This document shows, one piece after another, positions 28,875 through 38,918 of a DNA stretch of 64,000 nt. This DNA is from Dehalococcoidia bacterium. Lineage in GTDB: Bacteria > Chloroflexota > Dehalococcoidia > Lucifugimonadales > UBA2962. The stretch is taken from positions 10,915 to 74,914 of the forward strand of contig DAOUKM010000003.1 in NCBI GenBank assembly GCA_034421295.1. The letters are read 5' to 3'. The position numbers were made by a program, and so were the translations under genes. A model generated the notes under the pieces. The model was given only the letters and a program-made list of their open reading frames with translations. It was not told the DNA's origin and made no database searches. The stretch's first letter is position 1. Each line of letters opens with the position of its first letter.

Positions 28875-29789
28875 CTACCATCCGCGAACGGCCAGATGCT
28901 CCTCTACGGGCATTTTGCGAACGGAGAGTCCCGGCATGGCGTCGCCGAGCCCGGTTGAGACCTCGGCAATGATCTCCGCGTCCTCGTAGTGCGTGGTCGC
29001 CTTGACGATGGCCGAGGCCATCAGGGACGGGTTGGATGACTTGAATATGCCGGAGCCGACGAAAACGCCCTCGACGCCGATCTGCATCATGAGCGCTGCG
29101 TCCGACGGGGTGGCTATGCCTCCGGCAGCGAAGTTGACTACCGGCAGCTTGCCGGTCTCGTGAATCTCCTGGACGAGCTCGAACGGGGCCTTCAGGTCGC
29201 GGGCTGTCGCCATCAACTCGGCCTCGTCCATGCCCTGTATCCGCCGGATCTCTCCCAGTACCGAACGGGCGTGGCGGACCGCCTCGACTATGTCGCCCGT
29301 GCCTGCCTCGCCCTTGGTGCGGATCATCGCCGCCCCTTCGCCTATGCGGCGCAGGGCCTCGCCCAGATCCCGGCATCCGCAGACGAACGGCACCTTGAAC
29401 TGGTGCTTGTCCACGTGGTTGTTCTCGTCGGCGGGAGTCAGCACCTCAGACTCGTCGATATAGTCCACGCCCAGGGCCTCGAGGACCTGTGCCTCGACGA
29501 AGTGGCCGATCCTGGCCTTGGCCATCACGGGGATGGTCACCGCGTCGATGATCTCCCTGATCTTGGTCGGGTCGGACATCCTGGCAACGCCACCGGCGCT
29601 GCGGATGTCGGATGGGACGCGCTCCAGGGCCATAACGGCCACAGCGCCTGCATCCTCGGCAATCTTGGCCTGCTCGGCGGTGACGACGTCCATGATCACT
29701 CCGCCCTTGAGCATCTGGGCCAGCCCGCTCTTGACTCGCCAGGTGGCTGTCTGCGCGGCGCCGGACTCTATCTTGGTCTCAGTAGCCAT
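28875..29789 (-). CDS. pdxS: PLP synthase lyase subunit
   Basis: [47 protein letters not shown]. Confidence 0.99.
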   Translation of the reverse strand: MATETKIESGAAQTATWRVKSGLAQMLKGGVIMDVVTAEQAKIAEDAGAVAVMALERVPSDIRSAGGVARMSDPTKIREIIDAVTIPVMAKARIGHFVEAQVLEALGVDYIDESEVLTPADENNHVDKHQFKVPFVCGCRDLGEALRRIGEGAAMIRTKGEAGTGDIVEAVRHARSVLGEIRRIQGMDEAELMATARDLKAPFELVQEIHETGKLPVVNFAAGGIATPSDAALMMQIGVEGVFVGSGIFKSSNPSLMASAIVKATTHYEDAEIIAEVSTGLGDAMPGLSVRKMPVEEHLAVRGW

Positions 29790-29914
29790 TGATCTGCCTC
29801 CGTACGGCCCCAGGGGCCGATGCTTACATAGTGACTAACAGGATGGACGCCTGTCCGGCAACAGCCTGACCGTCGTACCGTTCACAGGGTCACACACTCC
29901 TCGACTCTGCCGCC

Positions 29915-29920
29915 ATTATA
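29915..29920 (-). promoter_or_regulatory. -10 box (TATAAT) for pdxST
   Basis: Perfect TATAAT on the minus strand about 125 nt upstream of pdxS. Confidence 0.6.
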
Positions 29921-30054
29921 ACCGCGCCTCGTGGGTGAGGCGAGAGGGCCCTTTCGGCAGCTGCGTCGACGCCCACCGCCACGACAGGGCGCAGGGCCCG
30001 GGGTTGCTGAATGCACGGGCCGCTGCCGCTCGGAGTGGATAGCGGCGCGCCGCT

Positions 30055-31071
30055 CTAGACGCCTCGCTTCGCCACATAGGCCGCTAGGTCCGAGGTGCGG
30101 CAGCTATAGCCCCACTCGTTGTCGTACCAGCCCAGGACCTTCACGAAGTCTCCGCCCATGCAGATGGTCGAGAGGCCGTCGATTATGGCGCTGTGGGGAT
30201 TCTGCCGAAAGTCGCTGCTGACCAGGGGCTCATCCGTATATTCGAGGATACCGCTCAGGCCGCCTGAAGCCGCCTCCCTGTAGGCGTCGTTGATCTCCTC
30301 GGCGGTCGTAGGACGCTTGAGGCTGGCCGTAAAGTCCGTGACGGACACGGTCGAGGTGGGCACACGGTAGGCCATGCCGTGGATCCTACCGTTCAGGTGG
30401 GGGAGCACCAGACCCACCGCCTTCGCCGCACCCGTCGAGGTGGGGATCACGTTCATCGCCGCCGCCCTCGCCCGCCGCAGATCTGAATGGACCTGGTCGA
30501 GGATCTTCTGGTCGTTCGTGTACGCATGGATGGTGCTCATCAGGCCGTGCTCGACACCGAATGAGTCGTCTAGCACCTTGACCATCGGGGCGATGCAGTT
30601 GGTGGTGCACGATGCGTTGGAAATCACCCGGTGGGCGTCCGGTTCGTACCCACCCTCGTTTACCCCCATTACCACCGTTATGTCCTCGCCGCTGGCCGGC
30701 GCGGAGATGATCACCCTCTTGGCCCCGCCCTCGATGTGGCCCGCGGCCTTGGCGGCGTCGGTGAAAAAGCCAGTCGATTCGACCACTATGTCCACGCCGT
30801 GATCGCCCCACCTCAGGGCCGCAGGGTCGCGCTCTGCGAGCACCGTGATCGGCTTGCCATCGATGACTATGGCCTCTTCTGTAGCCTCGACGCTGGACGT
30901 CGACACCCCGTAGTTCGTGTCGTACTTGAACATGTGGGCGTTGGTCCTGGTGTCGGTCAAGTCGTTGATGGCCACAACGTCGAGCTCGCTGCCGTGCCGC
31001 TCGAGCACAGCCTTAAGGACCTGCCTGCCTATCCTGCCGAAACCGTTTATGCCTATCCGCGTGGGCGTCAT
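30055..31071 (-). CDS. gap: Type I glyceraldehyde-3-phosphate dehydrogenase
   Basis: IGINGFGRIGR, SNASCTTNC, PTSTGAAKAV, WYDNEWGY. Confidence 0.99.
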   Translation of the reverse strand: MTPTRIGINGFGRIGRQVLKAVLERHGSELDVVAINDLTDTRTNAHMFKYDTNYGVSTSSVEATEEAIVIDGKPITVLAERDPAALRWGDHGVDIVVESTGFFTDAAKAAGHIEGGAKRVIISAPASGEDITVVMGVNEGGYEPDAHRVISNASCTTNCIAPMVKVLDDSFGVEHGLMSTIHAYTNDQKILDQVHSDLRRARAAAMNVIPTSTGAAKAVGLVLPHLNGRIHGMAYRVPTSTVSVTDFTASLKRPTTAEEINDAYREAASGGLSGILEYTDEPLVSSDFRQNPHSAIIDGLSTICMGGDFVKVLGWYDNEWGYSCRTSDLAAYVAKRGV

Positions 31072-31135
31072 GCGCGCTGTACCTCTGAATCCTTGCCTTT
31101 GTTGCTTCCCTGAGAACCGACCGGTGCGGGCCGGA

Positions 31136-32491
31136 TTATATCGGGGCTCCGATGACGGCCTCGTATGCCGCGCGGCCGGCGTAGGTGGCCTGGCCGCCGA
31201 GCTCGAGCTCGATGTGCAGCAGCCGGTTGTACTTGGCGGTGCGCTCGCTGCGGGCCGGTGCCCCGGCCTTGATCTGGCGGGCGCCGGTCCCGATGGCGAG
31301 GTCCGCGATGGCGGTGTCCTCCGTCTCCGCAGAGCGATGGCTGATGATGGTCCTCCAGCCCGCGTCCCTGGTCAGCGCGACCGCATCGAGCGTCTCGGTG
31401 AGAGTGCCGATCTGGTTGGGCTTTATGAGGACGCCGTTACTCGCCCCGCGTTCGATCCCGCGCCTGATTATCCCGGTGTTGGTCGCATACAGGTCGTCCC
31501 CGATCAGCTGCGTGCGGGAGCCGAGCCTGCTGGTCATCTCCGTCCAGCCAGACCAGTCGTCCTCGGCCATTCCATCCTCGATGCCGATTACGGGATACTT
31601 CGTTACCCAGTCCTCGTAGACGGCGATGAGCTGCTCGGAGGTGAGCGTGGTGTCGAGGCTCGTGAGGTCGTAGTAGACGCTTCCGGCCGGCCGGCTGAGG
31701 GTGTCGCCGTTTGCCTGGCGCAGCTCGGAGGCCGCCACATCGATCGCCACGAAGCACTGGTCGCCGGGGCGGTAGCCGGCCTGCTCGATCGCGCGCAGCA
31801 GCCACTCGACCGCCTGCCGGTTGTTCTTCAGGCTCGGGGCGAACCCTCCCTCGTCACCGACGATGGTGGACTTGCCACGCTCCTGCAGCAGCTGCTTGAG
31901 TGCGTGGTATACCTCCGAGCCTGCCCGCATGGCCTCCTGGTAGGTGTCGAATCCGGCGGGCACCACCATGAACTCCTGGAAGTCAGTGGACTCGAAGGCG
32001 TGCTTTCCCCCGTTGATGATGTTGAACATGGGCACGGGGATCGTGTAGCCGCTCTGGGGCTTGGTCCCCGTGTACTCTTGACCAATATAGCCATAGAGGC
32101 TCTCGCCCCGGCTGGCCGCCGATGCCTGGGCGTAGGCCAGCGATACCGCCAGGATGGAGTTGGCGCCGAGACGAGCCTTGTTCGCGGTCCCGTCAAGCTC
32201 GATCAGCCGCTGGTCTAGTGCGCGCTGGTCGGTTACTCGATGGCCGGTGATGGCCGAGGCGATCTCGCCGTTGACGTTTGCCACGGCCCTCAGCACGCCA
32301 AGCCCCCCATAGCGTTTCGGGTCCCTGTCCCGCAGCTCGATGGCCTCCAGTGAGCCCGTGCTGGCCCCGGAAGGAACCGAGGCGCGCCCCATCGACCCAT
32401 CGGAGAGAAGCACATCCGCCTCGACGGTGGGACCACCCCGGGAATCCAGTATCTCGCGCGCCGAGACCGAGGAGATGGTGATGAGGCTCAA
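31136..32491 (-). CDS. eno: Enolase
   Basis: TTG 32491 with GGAGGA SD; [55 protein letters not shown]. Confidence 0.99.
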   Translation of the reverse strand: MSLITISSVSAREILDSRGGPTVEADVLLSDGSMGRASVPSGASTGSLEAIELRDRDPKRYGGLGVLRAVANVNGEIASAITGHRVTDQRALDQRLIELDGTANKARLGANSILAVSLAYAQASAASRGESLYGYIGQEYTGTKPQSGYTIPVPMFNIINGGKHAFESTDFQEFMVVPAGFDTYQEAMRAGSEVYHALKQLLQERGKSTIVGDEGGFAPSLKNNRQAVEWLLRAIEQAGYRPGDQCFVAIDVAASELRQANGDTLSRPAGSVYYDLTSLDTTLTSEQLIAVYEDWVTKYPVIGIEDGMAEDDWSGWTEMTSRLGSRTQLIGDDLYATNTGIIRRGIERGASNGVLIKPNQIGTLTETLDAVALTRDAGWRTIISHRSAETEDTAIADLAIGTGARQIKAGAPARSERTAKYNRLLHIELELGGQATYAGRAAYEAVIGAPI

Positions 32492-32997
32492 CCGCGCAGT
32501 TCCTCCGCCGTTGCGGTGAGGCGGTGCGGGCGGGCGTTCGCAGCCGCCACTGCCCGGTCGACGGCGTCGGCGGGATCGGCCGCCACCTGTATCGAGTCGA
32601 CGGGTATGCCGGGCTGGGAGATGGTCCACGTGCCCAGCCCTACGACGGGTATACCGTCGGCCAGCGCATGCCCGATCTCAGAGAGCGTGCCGAACGCGCC
32701 CCCGACCGCGATAACCGCATCACCCGTCTTTACGACGATCACGTTCCGAGCGTACCCGATGCCGGTGCAGATAGGAATGTCCACGTACCGGTTGGCCACC
32801 GTCGGGTCGCTGCCCGGCAGGATCCCTATGGTCGTTCCTCCCGCCGACTGTGCCCCCCTGCAGACCGCCTCCATCACGCCGCCGAGGCCGCCGCAGACGA
32901 CCTTTGCGCCCCGCGATGCCAGCTCGCGACCCACCTCCTCGGCGGTATCGGCCAGGGAGCCCCCGGCGGTCGAAGAACCTATGACTGCGATGATCAT
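32488..32997 (-). CDS. TIGR00725 family (LOG-like Rossmann) protein
   Basis: [43 protein letters not shown]. Confidence 0.92.
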   Translation of the reverse strand: MIIAVIGSSTAGGSLADTAEEVGRELASRGAKVVCGGLGGVMEAVCRGAQSAGGTTIGILPGSDPTVANRYVDIPICTGIGYARNVIVVKTGDAVIAVGGAFGTLSEIGHALADGIPVVGLGTWTISQPGIPVDSIQVAADPADAVDRAVAAANARPHRLTATAEELRG

Positions 32998-33064
32998 GCG
33001 ACTTCCTATCATATAATCGGAATCCCAGTTCGGCAGGCGTCTTCGGCTTGCCCTCGGAATCCTG

Positions 33065-33919
33065 ATGCCAGCGCACAGACTAAGGAACGTACTGATTACC
33101 GGGGCTTCTTCCGGAATCGGCAAGGTGGCCGCACTGCACCTGGTCGGCAAGGGCTACACGGTTATCGGCACGAGCCGCTCGATAGACAGGCTCGCCCCGG
33201 TACTGGCCGAGGCCGAGGCTGCCCCAGGGAGATTCGTGCCGCTCGAGCTCGATATCAACCTTGACGGTGGGCGCCCCGGATGCGTCGAGGAGGTCCTGCC
33301 GGGCGTCGTGTCCGACCATGGAGCGATTGACGTCCTGGTCAACAATGCCGGCTACGCACTGTGGGGACCGCTCGAGGGCATGACCGTCGAGCAGATGGTC
33401 GACCAGTTCAGGACCAACGTCTTCGCCCCCTTCAGGCTCGCAAACCTAGTGATTCCGGCCATGAGGAAGAGCGGGGCGGGACGCATAGTCAATATCAGCT
33501 CGGTCGCCGGGTGGGTGGTAACGCCCTTTAACGGCGCCTACGCGTCCAGCAAGTTCGCCCTGGAGGCGCAGACCCAGGCGCTGCGCATGGAGCTATGGCC
33601 CTTTGGCATCAAGGTTTCCCTGATCGAACCGGGCCTTTTCGGCACCGAGTTTCAGAACAACACAGTCGATGGCGAGAGGGCCGAGTCGCAGGAGCTTCCA
33701 TACGGACCTCACATAGAGGCCTATCGCAGAAAGCACGGCCGCTTCAGGCTGCTTACCCACGACCCGATAAAGATCGCAAAGCTGATCGAGAGGATCATCG
33801 TCTCGCCACGGCCCAAGCTGAGGTACCCGGTGGGGTTCGAAGCCCACGTAGGGGTGTACGCGGCCAGGCTCCTTCCCGACCGCCTGCTGCAGGGCATGGT
33901 CGCAAGGACGTCCATGTAG
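33065..33919 (+). CDS. Short-chain dehydrogenase/reductase
   Basis: ITGASSGIG, VLVNNAG, YASSK, IEPG. Confidence 0.94.
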   Translation: MPAHRLRNVLITGASSGIGKVAALHLVGKGYTVIGTSRSIDRLAPVLAEAEAAPGRFVPLELDINLDGGRPGCVEEVLPGVVSDHGAIDVLVNNAGYALWGPLEGMTVEQMVDQFRTNVFAPFRLANLVIPAMRKSGAGRIVNISSVAGWVVTPFNGAYASSKFALEAQTQALRMELWPFGIKVSLIEPGLFGTEFQNNTVDGERAESQELPYGPHIEAYRRKHGRFRLLTHDPIKIAKLIERIIVSPRPKLRYPVGFEAHVGVYAARLLPDRLLQGMVARTSM

Positions 33920-33931
33920 CCGGCCGCAGTT

Positions 33932-34723
33932 CTAGGGGCCGGCGGGGTCCCGGCTGATCGACTGGAGAAAGCCGGCGGATCTCGGCTCCCGGTCCAGGTG
34001 GTAACGAAGGTGCGTGTCCAGGACCCTGCTGACGTCCGCCAGCACCGGGGATGGCACCTGTAGAGAGGTCGCGCCGGCCAGGCCCTGAGACATGTAATAG
34101 CGAAGCGTCTTTATGGCGTTGACGGACACGGTGAGATAGGGCCCCGGCGCGGCGGTGACGCAGTCCGGGCAGACCATGCCCCCGGCGGCTGCGCTGTAGG
34201 CGTGCTCCCTCTGCGCCAGGGTGAGGCCGCATTCGATGCATGCCGACAGCTCGGGCGCAAGCCCCGCCACCGCCAGCAGTCGGACCTTAAAGCAGGCCAG
34301 CAGCCCATCGGCTGGGCCTCCAGCCTCCAGCCCGCCAAGAACCTCGGCGACCAGCCCGTAAATCTCCCGCGCATCAGAGTCCCCGTGATCGTCTTCCTGC
34401 GGCACCGAGAACGCGTCGGCTATCTCGGCCACGTACATCCCCGCGGCGACCTTGCCGAGATCGCTGCGCAGCGCGGGGAATCCGTTAAGGCAGTGGGCCT
34501 CCACGACGATGTCAAGGTTGCGTCCCTCGGCCAGGGAGACCTGGACGCGGTTGAGGAGCTCCATGTGTCCGGTCAGCCTGCCGCTGGTGCGGCGCACACC
34601 CTTGGCAACGGCCCTTATCTGCCCTCGCTCCGGCGAGAGCAGGGTAACAACCCGGTCGGCCTCTCCCAGGGGCGATTGCCTGACGACGACCGCCTCGGTC
34701 TTGTAGACTCTCGGTCTCGGCAT
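33932..34723 (-). CDS. recO: DNA repair protein RecO
   Basis: ATG 34723; YKTEAVVVRQSPLGEADRVVTLLS, AVAKGVRR, CIECG...VCPDC zinc motif. Confidence 0.97.
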   Translation of the reverse strand: MPRPRVYKTEAVVVRQSPLGEADRVVTLLSPERGQIRAVAKGVRRTSGRLTGHMELLNRVQVSLAEGRNLDIVVEAHCLNGFPALRSDLGKVAAGMYVAEIADAFSVPQEDDHGDSDAREIYGLVAEVLGGLEAGGPADGLLACFKVRLLAVAGLAPELSACIECGLTLAQREHAYSAAAGGMVCPDCVTAAPGPYLTVSVNAIKTLRYYMSQGLAGATSLQVPSPVLADVSRVLDTHLRYHLDREPRSAGFLQSISRDPAGP

Positions 34724-34769
34724 ATCCCTCGTCGCCAGGGCCACCCCTCGCGACCTTGGCCACGGGCCC

Positions 34770-35381
34770 TCAGAAGGGTTGGCGTCCTTCTATCGCACGG
34801 CCGAGGGTGACCTCGTCCGCGTACTCCAGGTCGCCGCCAACGGGCAGACCCCGCGCGGGTCGGGTTATGTTCACCCCCAGGGCCGCCAGCAGGCGCTGCA
34901 GGTAAAGTGCGGTTGCCTCACCCTCGACGTTCGGGTTGGTGGCGATCACTATCTCCTTTACGCCGTCGGTCCGAAGCCTCTCCAGCAATCCCCTTATCTT
35001 CAGGTCTTCCGGACCGATGCCGTTGATGGGGGAGATTACGCCGTGCAGGACGTGGTAAAGGCCGTTGTAGGAGCGGGTTCGCTCGAGCGCCCGGACGTCC
35101 AGCGGTTCTTCGACCACGCACAGCCGGGAGCGGTCCCTGCCCTCGTCAACGCAGATCGAACAGGGGTCCGATTCGGTTATGTCGAAACACTCGCCGCACA
35201 GGACGATCCGGTCCTTTACCGAGCCGATCGCCTCGGCCAGACCCCGGGCCTCGTCGGCCGGCATGCGTATGAGGTAATAGGCCAGCCTCTGAGCGGTCTT
35301 GGGTCCGATCCCCGGCAGCTTGTGGAACTCGTCGATGAGCCTGCTTACCGGACCCGCCTCTCTTTGTCCGCCCTGCGTCAC
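34770..35381 (-). CDS. recR: Recombination mediator RecR
   Basis: KLPGIGPKTAQRLA, CGEC...CSIC, YHVLHG.ISP, IATNPNVEGEATA, GGDLEYAD. Confidence 0.99.
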   Translation of the reverse strand: MTQGGQREAGPVSRLIDEFHKLPGIGPKTAQRLAYYLIRMPADEARGLAEAIGSVKDRIVLCGECFDITESDPCSICVDEGRDRSRLCVVEEPLDVRALERTRSYNGLYHVLHGVISPINGIGPEDLKIRGLLERLRTDGVKEIVIATNPNVEGEATALYLQRLLAALGVNITRPARGLPVGGDLEYADEVTLGRAIEGRQPF

Positions 35382-35387
35382 ACGCTC

Positions 35388-35690
35388 CTAGGTCAGGCCC
35401 GGGATGTTGAGGCCCCCTGTGAGCGCCCCCATCCTGGCAGCGGCCATCTCCTGCGCCCGCTCGAGGGCGTCATTGACCGCCGCAGCGACCAGGTCCTCCA
35501 GCATTGCGACGTCCTCTGCGGCCGCCTCCGGGTCAATGTGTATCGATTCGAGGCGCATCTTGCCGGTCACGACGGCCCTGACCACGCCTCCGCCAGCACT
35601 GCCCTCGACGGTGGCGGACTCGAGGTCCTCCTGGACGCGTGCCATCTGCCTTTGCAGTTGCTGGGCCTGTTTGAGAAACCTCTTGTTCAA
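35388..35690 (-). CDS. ybaB: YbaB/EbfC nucleoid-associated protein
   Basis: KQAQQLQ...VEGSAGGGVV, LEDLVAAAVNDA; between dnaX and recR. Confidence 0.96.
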   Translation of the reverse strand: MNKRFLKQAQQLQRQMARVQEDLESATVEGSAGGGVVRAVVTGKMRLESIHIDPEAAAEDVAMLEDLVAAAVNDALERAQEMAAARMGALTGGLNIPGLT

Positions 35691-37390
35691 CTCCGGGCCT
35701 CGCTGTCCTTGCTGTCCACGGCCGTCTCGGCGACGATCTCAGCCCCCAGCTGCTGGGCCGCTCTCACCAGCTGGCTGCCCCGCGACCCGGTGGGTCCGCC
35801 GCCCTGTTCGGCGCGCTCGGCCGCCTCGACCCGTACATCATAAGGCCTGCCCATTACGCGGGCAAAAGCGTCCCTGAGCCGCTTGCGGCTGTCGGGTATG
35901 CCGAGCTCGTGCTGCATCCTCTCCAGGTGGGACGGGTGCGGGAACCTGAGCGTAATCGAATCCTCCGAGACCTCCCGCCCGTTGCTGGCAACCAGCAGCG
36001 CCTTGAGGTTGTACTTGCCGCCCTTCTCAAAGCGCAGGGACTGTGTGAGCGCCCCCCACTGAGCCTCCAGCCGCTCGGCCGGATCGGACGGCAGGGCGCT
36101 CTCTGCGACCGGCTCCGGGGCTGGTCGCTGCGTCCTTGCGTCCGGCTGCTGCTGTCGGGCTGCAGGTGCCGGCTGTCGCTGCTGAACCCGCCTTTGCGGC
36201 GGCTTCTGCTGTGCGGCCCCAGCGGCCTCGCCCCCTTCGGCCGTCGCCGGGCGACTGCGTGGCCTGGTAGCCGGCTTCCCGCTGGACGGGGCCGGGGGCG
36301 GGGCAGAGGCAGGAGGCTCCGGCCTCAGGCCGGCCTCGACGATCGCCAGTTCTAGGGTCAGGGTCGAGGAGGGGTCGAGACGCATGTCGGCAGCGGTCAG
36401 CAGCCTGACCGCCCTGACGATATCAGCGGTCGCCGCGGCTCTGGCCAGCCGGCCGATCTGCGCGGATTCTTCCTCGGTGTATCCGACATCCAGGTCCGCA
36501 CCGCTGCTGACCAGCAGGGTGGCGCGCAGGCGGTCGATCAGGCCGCGGTGCAGCTGGCGCAGGTCGCTGCCCTGGGCCGCCACCTCATTAACGGTGCGCA
36601 GCGCGTCGGCGGTGCGGCCCTCGAGGATCTGCGCCGCGAGCGCCAGGGAGGCCTCGTCTCCGCCCATGTCCAGCAGGTCGCGGACGTTGGCCTCGGTGAT
36701 CGGGGAATCGTACGAGACTATCGCCTGCTCGAGCAGGTTCACAGCGTCCCTCAGGCCTCCGCCCGCCGTCCTCGATATCAGGTCGAGTGCGGGCATGTCC
36801 GCCTCGACCCCCTCTCCCGCGCAGATCGCAGAGAGGCGCCCGGCCGTGTCCTGGCGCCTTATCCTGCGGAAGTCGAAGCGCTGGCAGCGCGATGCGATCG
36901 TCGGTGGGATCTTGTGGGCCTCGGTGGTGGCGAGCACGAATGCAACGTGGGCCGGCGGCTCCTCGAGGGTCTTCAGCAGGGCGTTGAATGCCTGCTCGGT
37001 GAGCATGTGGGCCTCGTCGACTATGTAGACCTTTACTCTCGCCTCCGCGGGGGTGTACTGGACTCTCTCCCGAAGGTTCCTGATGTCGTCTATCCCGCGG
37101 TTGCTCGCCGCGTCGATCTCGACCAGGTCCAGGGCGCGGGCCTCGTCTATGGAGGCGCACATTGAGCAGGCGTTATCCGGCTCCCCGCCCCGGGGGGAAA
37201 GGCAGTTAATGGCCTTTGCCAGGATGCGCGCCGTGCTCGTCTTGCCGGTGCCGCGCGGTCCGCAAAACAGGTAGGCGTGTGCGACGCGGCCCGACTCGAC
37301 GGCCCTCTGCAGCGTCTGGGTGGTGGTGGGCTGGCCGACCACGTCCGTGAAGGTCCTGGGCCGCCACTTCCTGTACAGCACCTGGCTCAT
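35687..37390 (-). CDS. dnaX: DNA polymerase III subunit gamma/tau
   Basis: ATG 37390; LYRKWRP..F.DVVGQ, GPRGTGKTS, EIDAASNRG, FNALLKTLEEPP, SRCQRFDF. Confidence 0.99.
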   Translation of the reverse strand: MSQVLYRKWRPRTFTDVVGQPTTTQTLQRAVESGRVAHAYLFCGPRGTGKTSTARILAKAINCLSPRGGEPDNACSMCASIDEARALDLVEIDAASNRGIDDIRNLRERVQYTPAEARVKVYIVDEAHMLTEQAFNALLKTLEEPPAHVAFVLATTEAHKIPPTIASRCQRFDFRRIRRQDTAGRLSAICAGEGVEADMPALDLISRTAGGGLRDAVNLLEQAIVSYDSPITEANVRDLLDMGGDEASLALAAQILEGRTADALRTVNEVAAQGSDLRQLHRGLIDRLRATLLVSSGADLDVGYTEEESAQIGRLARAAATADIVRAVRLLTAADMRLDPSSTLTLELAIVEAGLRPEPPASAPPPAPSSGKPATRPRSRPATAEGGEAAGAAQQKPPQRRVQQRQPAPAARQQQPDARTQRPAPEPVAESALPSDPAERLEAQWGALTQSLRFEKGGKYNLKALLVASNGREVSEDSITLRFPHPSHLERMQHELGIPDSRKRLRDAFARVMGRPYDVRVEAAERAEQGGGPTGSRGSQLVRAAQQLGAEIVAETAVDSKDSEARS

Positions 37391-37887
37391 GACGGGTAGC
37401 TCACCGTGATGTCGGAAGCCCTTGACCCCAGCATGGCCGCCAGCAGCCGCCTGTGCTCTTCCTCCATCCGGGCCCGCTCGGCCGGCTCCTCGTGGTCGTG
37501 TCCGACAAGGTGCAGTATGCCGTGGGCCAGCAGGAACGCGACCTCGTCCTCGCGGCCACGCCCTGCCGACTCCGCCTGTCTGACCGCCTGCGGCCACGAG
37601 ACGACGATCTCCCCTATGGACCCCGCAATGCCGCCATCGGCAGGCAGTACGAAGTCGTCGGCTTCCTTCGGTGCGGCGGGAAAGGACAGGACGTCGGTGG
37701 TCTCGTCGAGTCCCCGGTGGCGCAGGTTCAACTCGCGGACCGTCTCATCGTCCGTGACGACAACCTCGACGGAGGCGTCGGCGGGCAGCTCAAGCGCCGC
37801 GAGCGCGGAGTCTGCGATCCCTGCCAGCCAAGGGACTGAGACGGATCCCGGCCCGGCGGGATGGACGAGGACTTCGATCGGTCTGAT
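37387..37887 (-). CDS. ybeY: rRNA maturation endoribonuclease YbeY; probable ATC start
   Basis: LN..HRG.D.TTDVLSF, GEIVVS, HGILHLVGHDH; the frame is open 52 codons upstream of the ORF-track TTG with YbeY-like sequence and no ATG/GTG/TTG; GGAG lies 7 nt before ATC 37887. Confidence 0.93.
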   Translation of the reverse strand: MRPIEVLVHPAGPGSVSVPWLAGIADSALAALELPADASVEVVVTDDETVRELNLRHRGLDETTDVLSFPAAPKEADDFVLPADGGIAGSIGEIVVSWPQAVRQAESAGRGREDEVAFLLAHGILHLVGHDHEEPAERARMEEEHRRLLAAMLGSRASDITVSYPS

Positions 37888-37961
37888 GGGTAGGCTCCGC
37901 CTCGTGGAGCGGCCGACAGGTCCGTGACCTGCGGCGACCGCGTCGGGTTTGGACGGGGTCT

Positions 37962-37967
37962 ATTATA
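37962..37967 (-). promoter_or_regulatory. -10 box (TATAAT) for ybeY-dnaX-ybaB-recR-recO
   Basis: Perfect TATAAT on the minus strand about 75 nt upstream of the inferred ybeY start. Confidence 0.6.
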
Positions 37968-38131
37968 TTCGCGCGAAGGTGCGGTGCCGGGAGGCCCGCC
38001 GGGTCGGCGGGCAGAGGCCGACATGCCCGGGAGAGGGACGTCAATGCCATCGCCGCGTCGGCGACTCTGCGGGCAGAGACCATAGGACCCTCATGAGATC
38101 CGTGAGCTATCGTGGGAGACTGGCCGTTTGG

Positions 38132-38401
38132 TTAGATTCGCTTAAGTAGCCTGTCGTATTCGTGGTGCGGGCCTACCCAAAACCTGACGATATCCCCCTC
38201 GTCAAAGACACCAAGGGCACGATAATTCATACTCACTCGCACCGAGTAGACGCGACGCCGCCGGGTTAAGCGCTTGAAATCCAGACTGGGGTGGTTAGGG
38301 TCCGGTTCAAAGAATCGGTAAGACTCGCGGGCCTGCCGCTTCACCTGTTCGGGGATACGGCCATAAGCAGTCCAGAATCTCCCCTGCGTGTACGATCGCA
38401 C
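38132..38401 (-). CDS. RelE/ParE-superfamily toxin
   Basis: RFWTAYGRIPEQVKRQA, PNHPSLDFKRL, YSVRVSMNYRALG, FWVGPHHEYDRLL. Confidence 0.88.
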   Translation of the reverse strand: MRSYTQGRFWTAYGRIPEQVKRQARESYRFFEPDPNHPSLDFKRLTRRRRVYSVRVSMNYRALGVFDEGDIVRFWVGPHHEYDRLLKRI

Positions 38402-38403
38402 GC

Positions 38404-38628
38404 CTACAGTTCTTGAGCATCAAGGGATTCAGTCAGGCCTGCCCGGTGAGCCGCCAGAGCCTCATCCGCCAGACTCTCCAGCATTTCCTCGGATTCGGGA
38501 CGGCTGAAGAGTTCCGCCCATAGCCGCTCCGAATCCAATTCGGACAACAGAAACCGAGCGAACCTGCCCTGCTCTTCCTCCGGGAGTTCGGAAGCTCTCT
38601 CGAAAGCCTGTTGAAGAATCTGGTTCAT
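38404..38628 (-). CDS. Cognate antitoxin
   Basis: 74 aa acidic helical protein (LQQAFERASELPEEEQ...W.ELF...LESLADEAL), 2 nt upstream of the toxin. Confidence 0.8.
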   Translation of the reverse strand: MNQILQQAFERASELPEEEQGRFARFLLSELDSERLWAELFSRPESEEMLESLADEALAAHRAGLTESLDAQEL

Positions 38629-38918
38629 CTCTCTTTCTTAGCTCCCAATGAGTTCTAGGGTGCAGCGTGGGGAGAGTATAGGTTAATGATGGTCAGGGGC
38701 CCGAGTACATTGTTGATGTGGGCGCTGGTAACGACTATCGCCACCAGGCCAAGGGCCACGACCACTATCCGCTGGGGAGTAGATTTCGTTCATATGAGGC
38801 GAACATCGTCTCAGGAATGACTTGCCCGGGGGCAAAGTGGGGAGCGCTCGTTGGCGCGATGTAGTGGTAGGTGGTCGCCGTGGGGTCCCTTACAGGGACC
38901 TGCTCGGGCGCTAGATCG

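Noticed and set aside
30917-32218. Long antisense ORFs (also 38871-40136, 47405-48472, 49201-50628, 51267-52733, 11 kb region)
   Set aside because: Shadows of well-supported genes on the opposite strand, expected at high GC; no family motifs.
35687-37390. Programmed frameshift in dnaX
   Set aside because: No A-AAA-AAG or long A-run slippery site seen.
37890-38130. SRP RNA (ffs), often upstream of dnaX
   Set aside because: No CAGG...GGAA...AGCAG domain IV signature on either strand.
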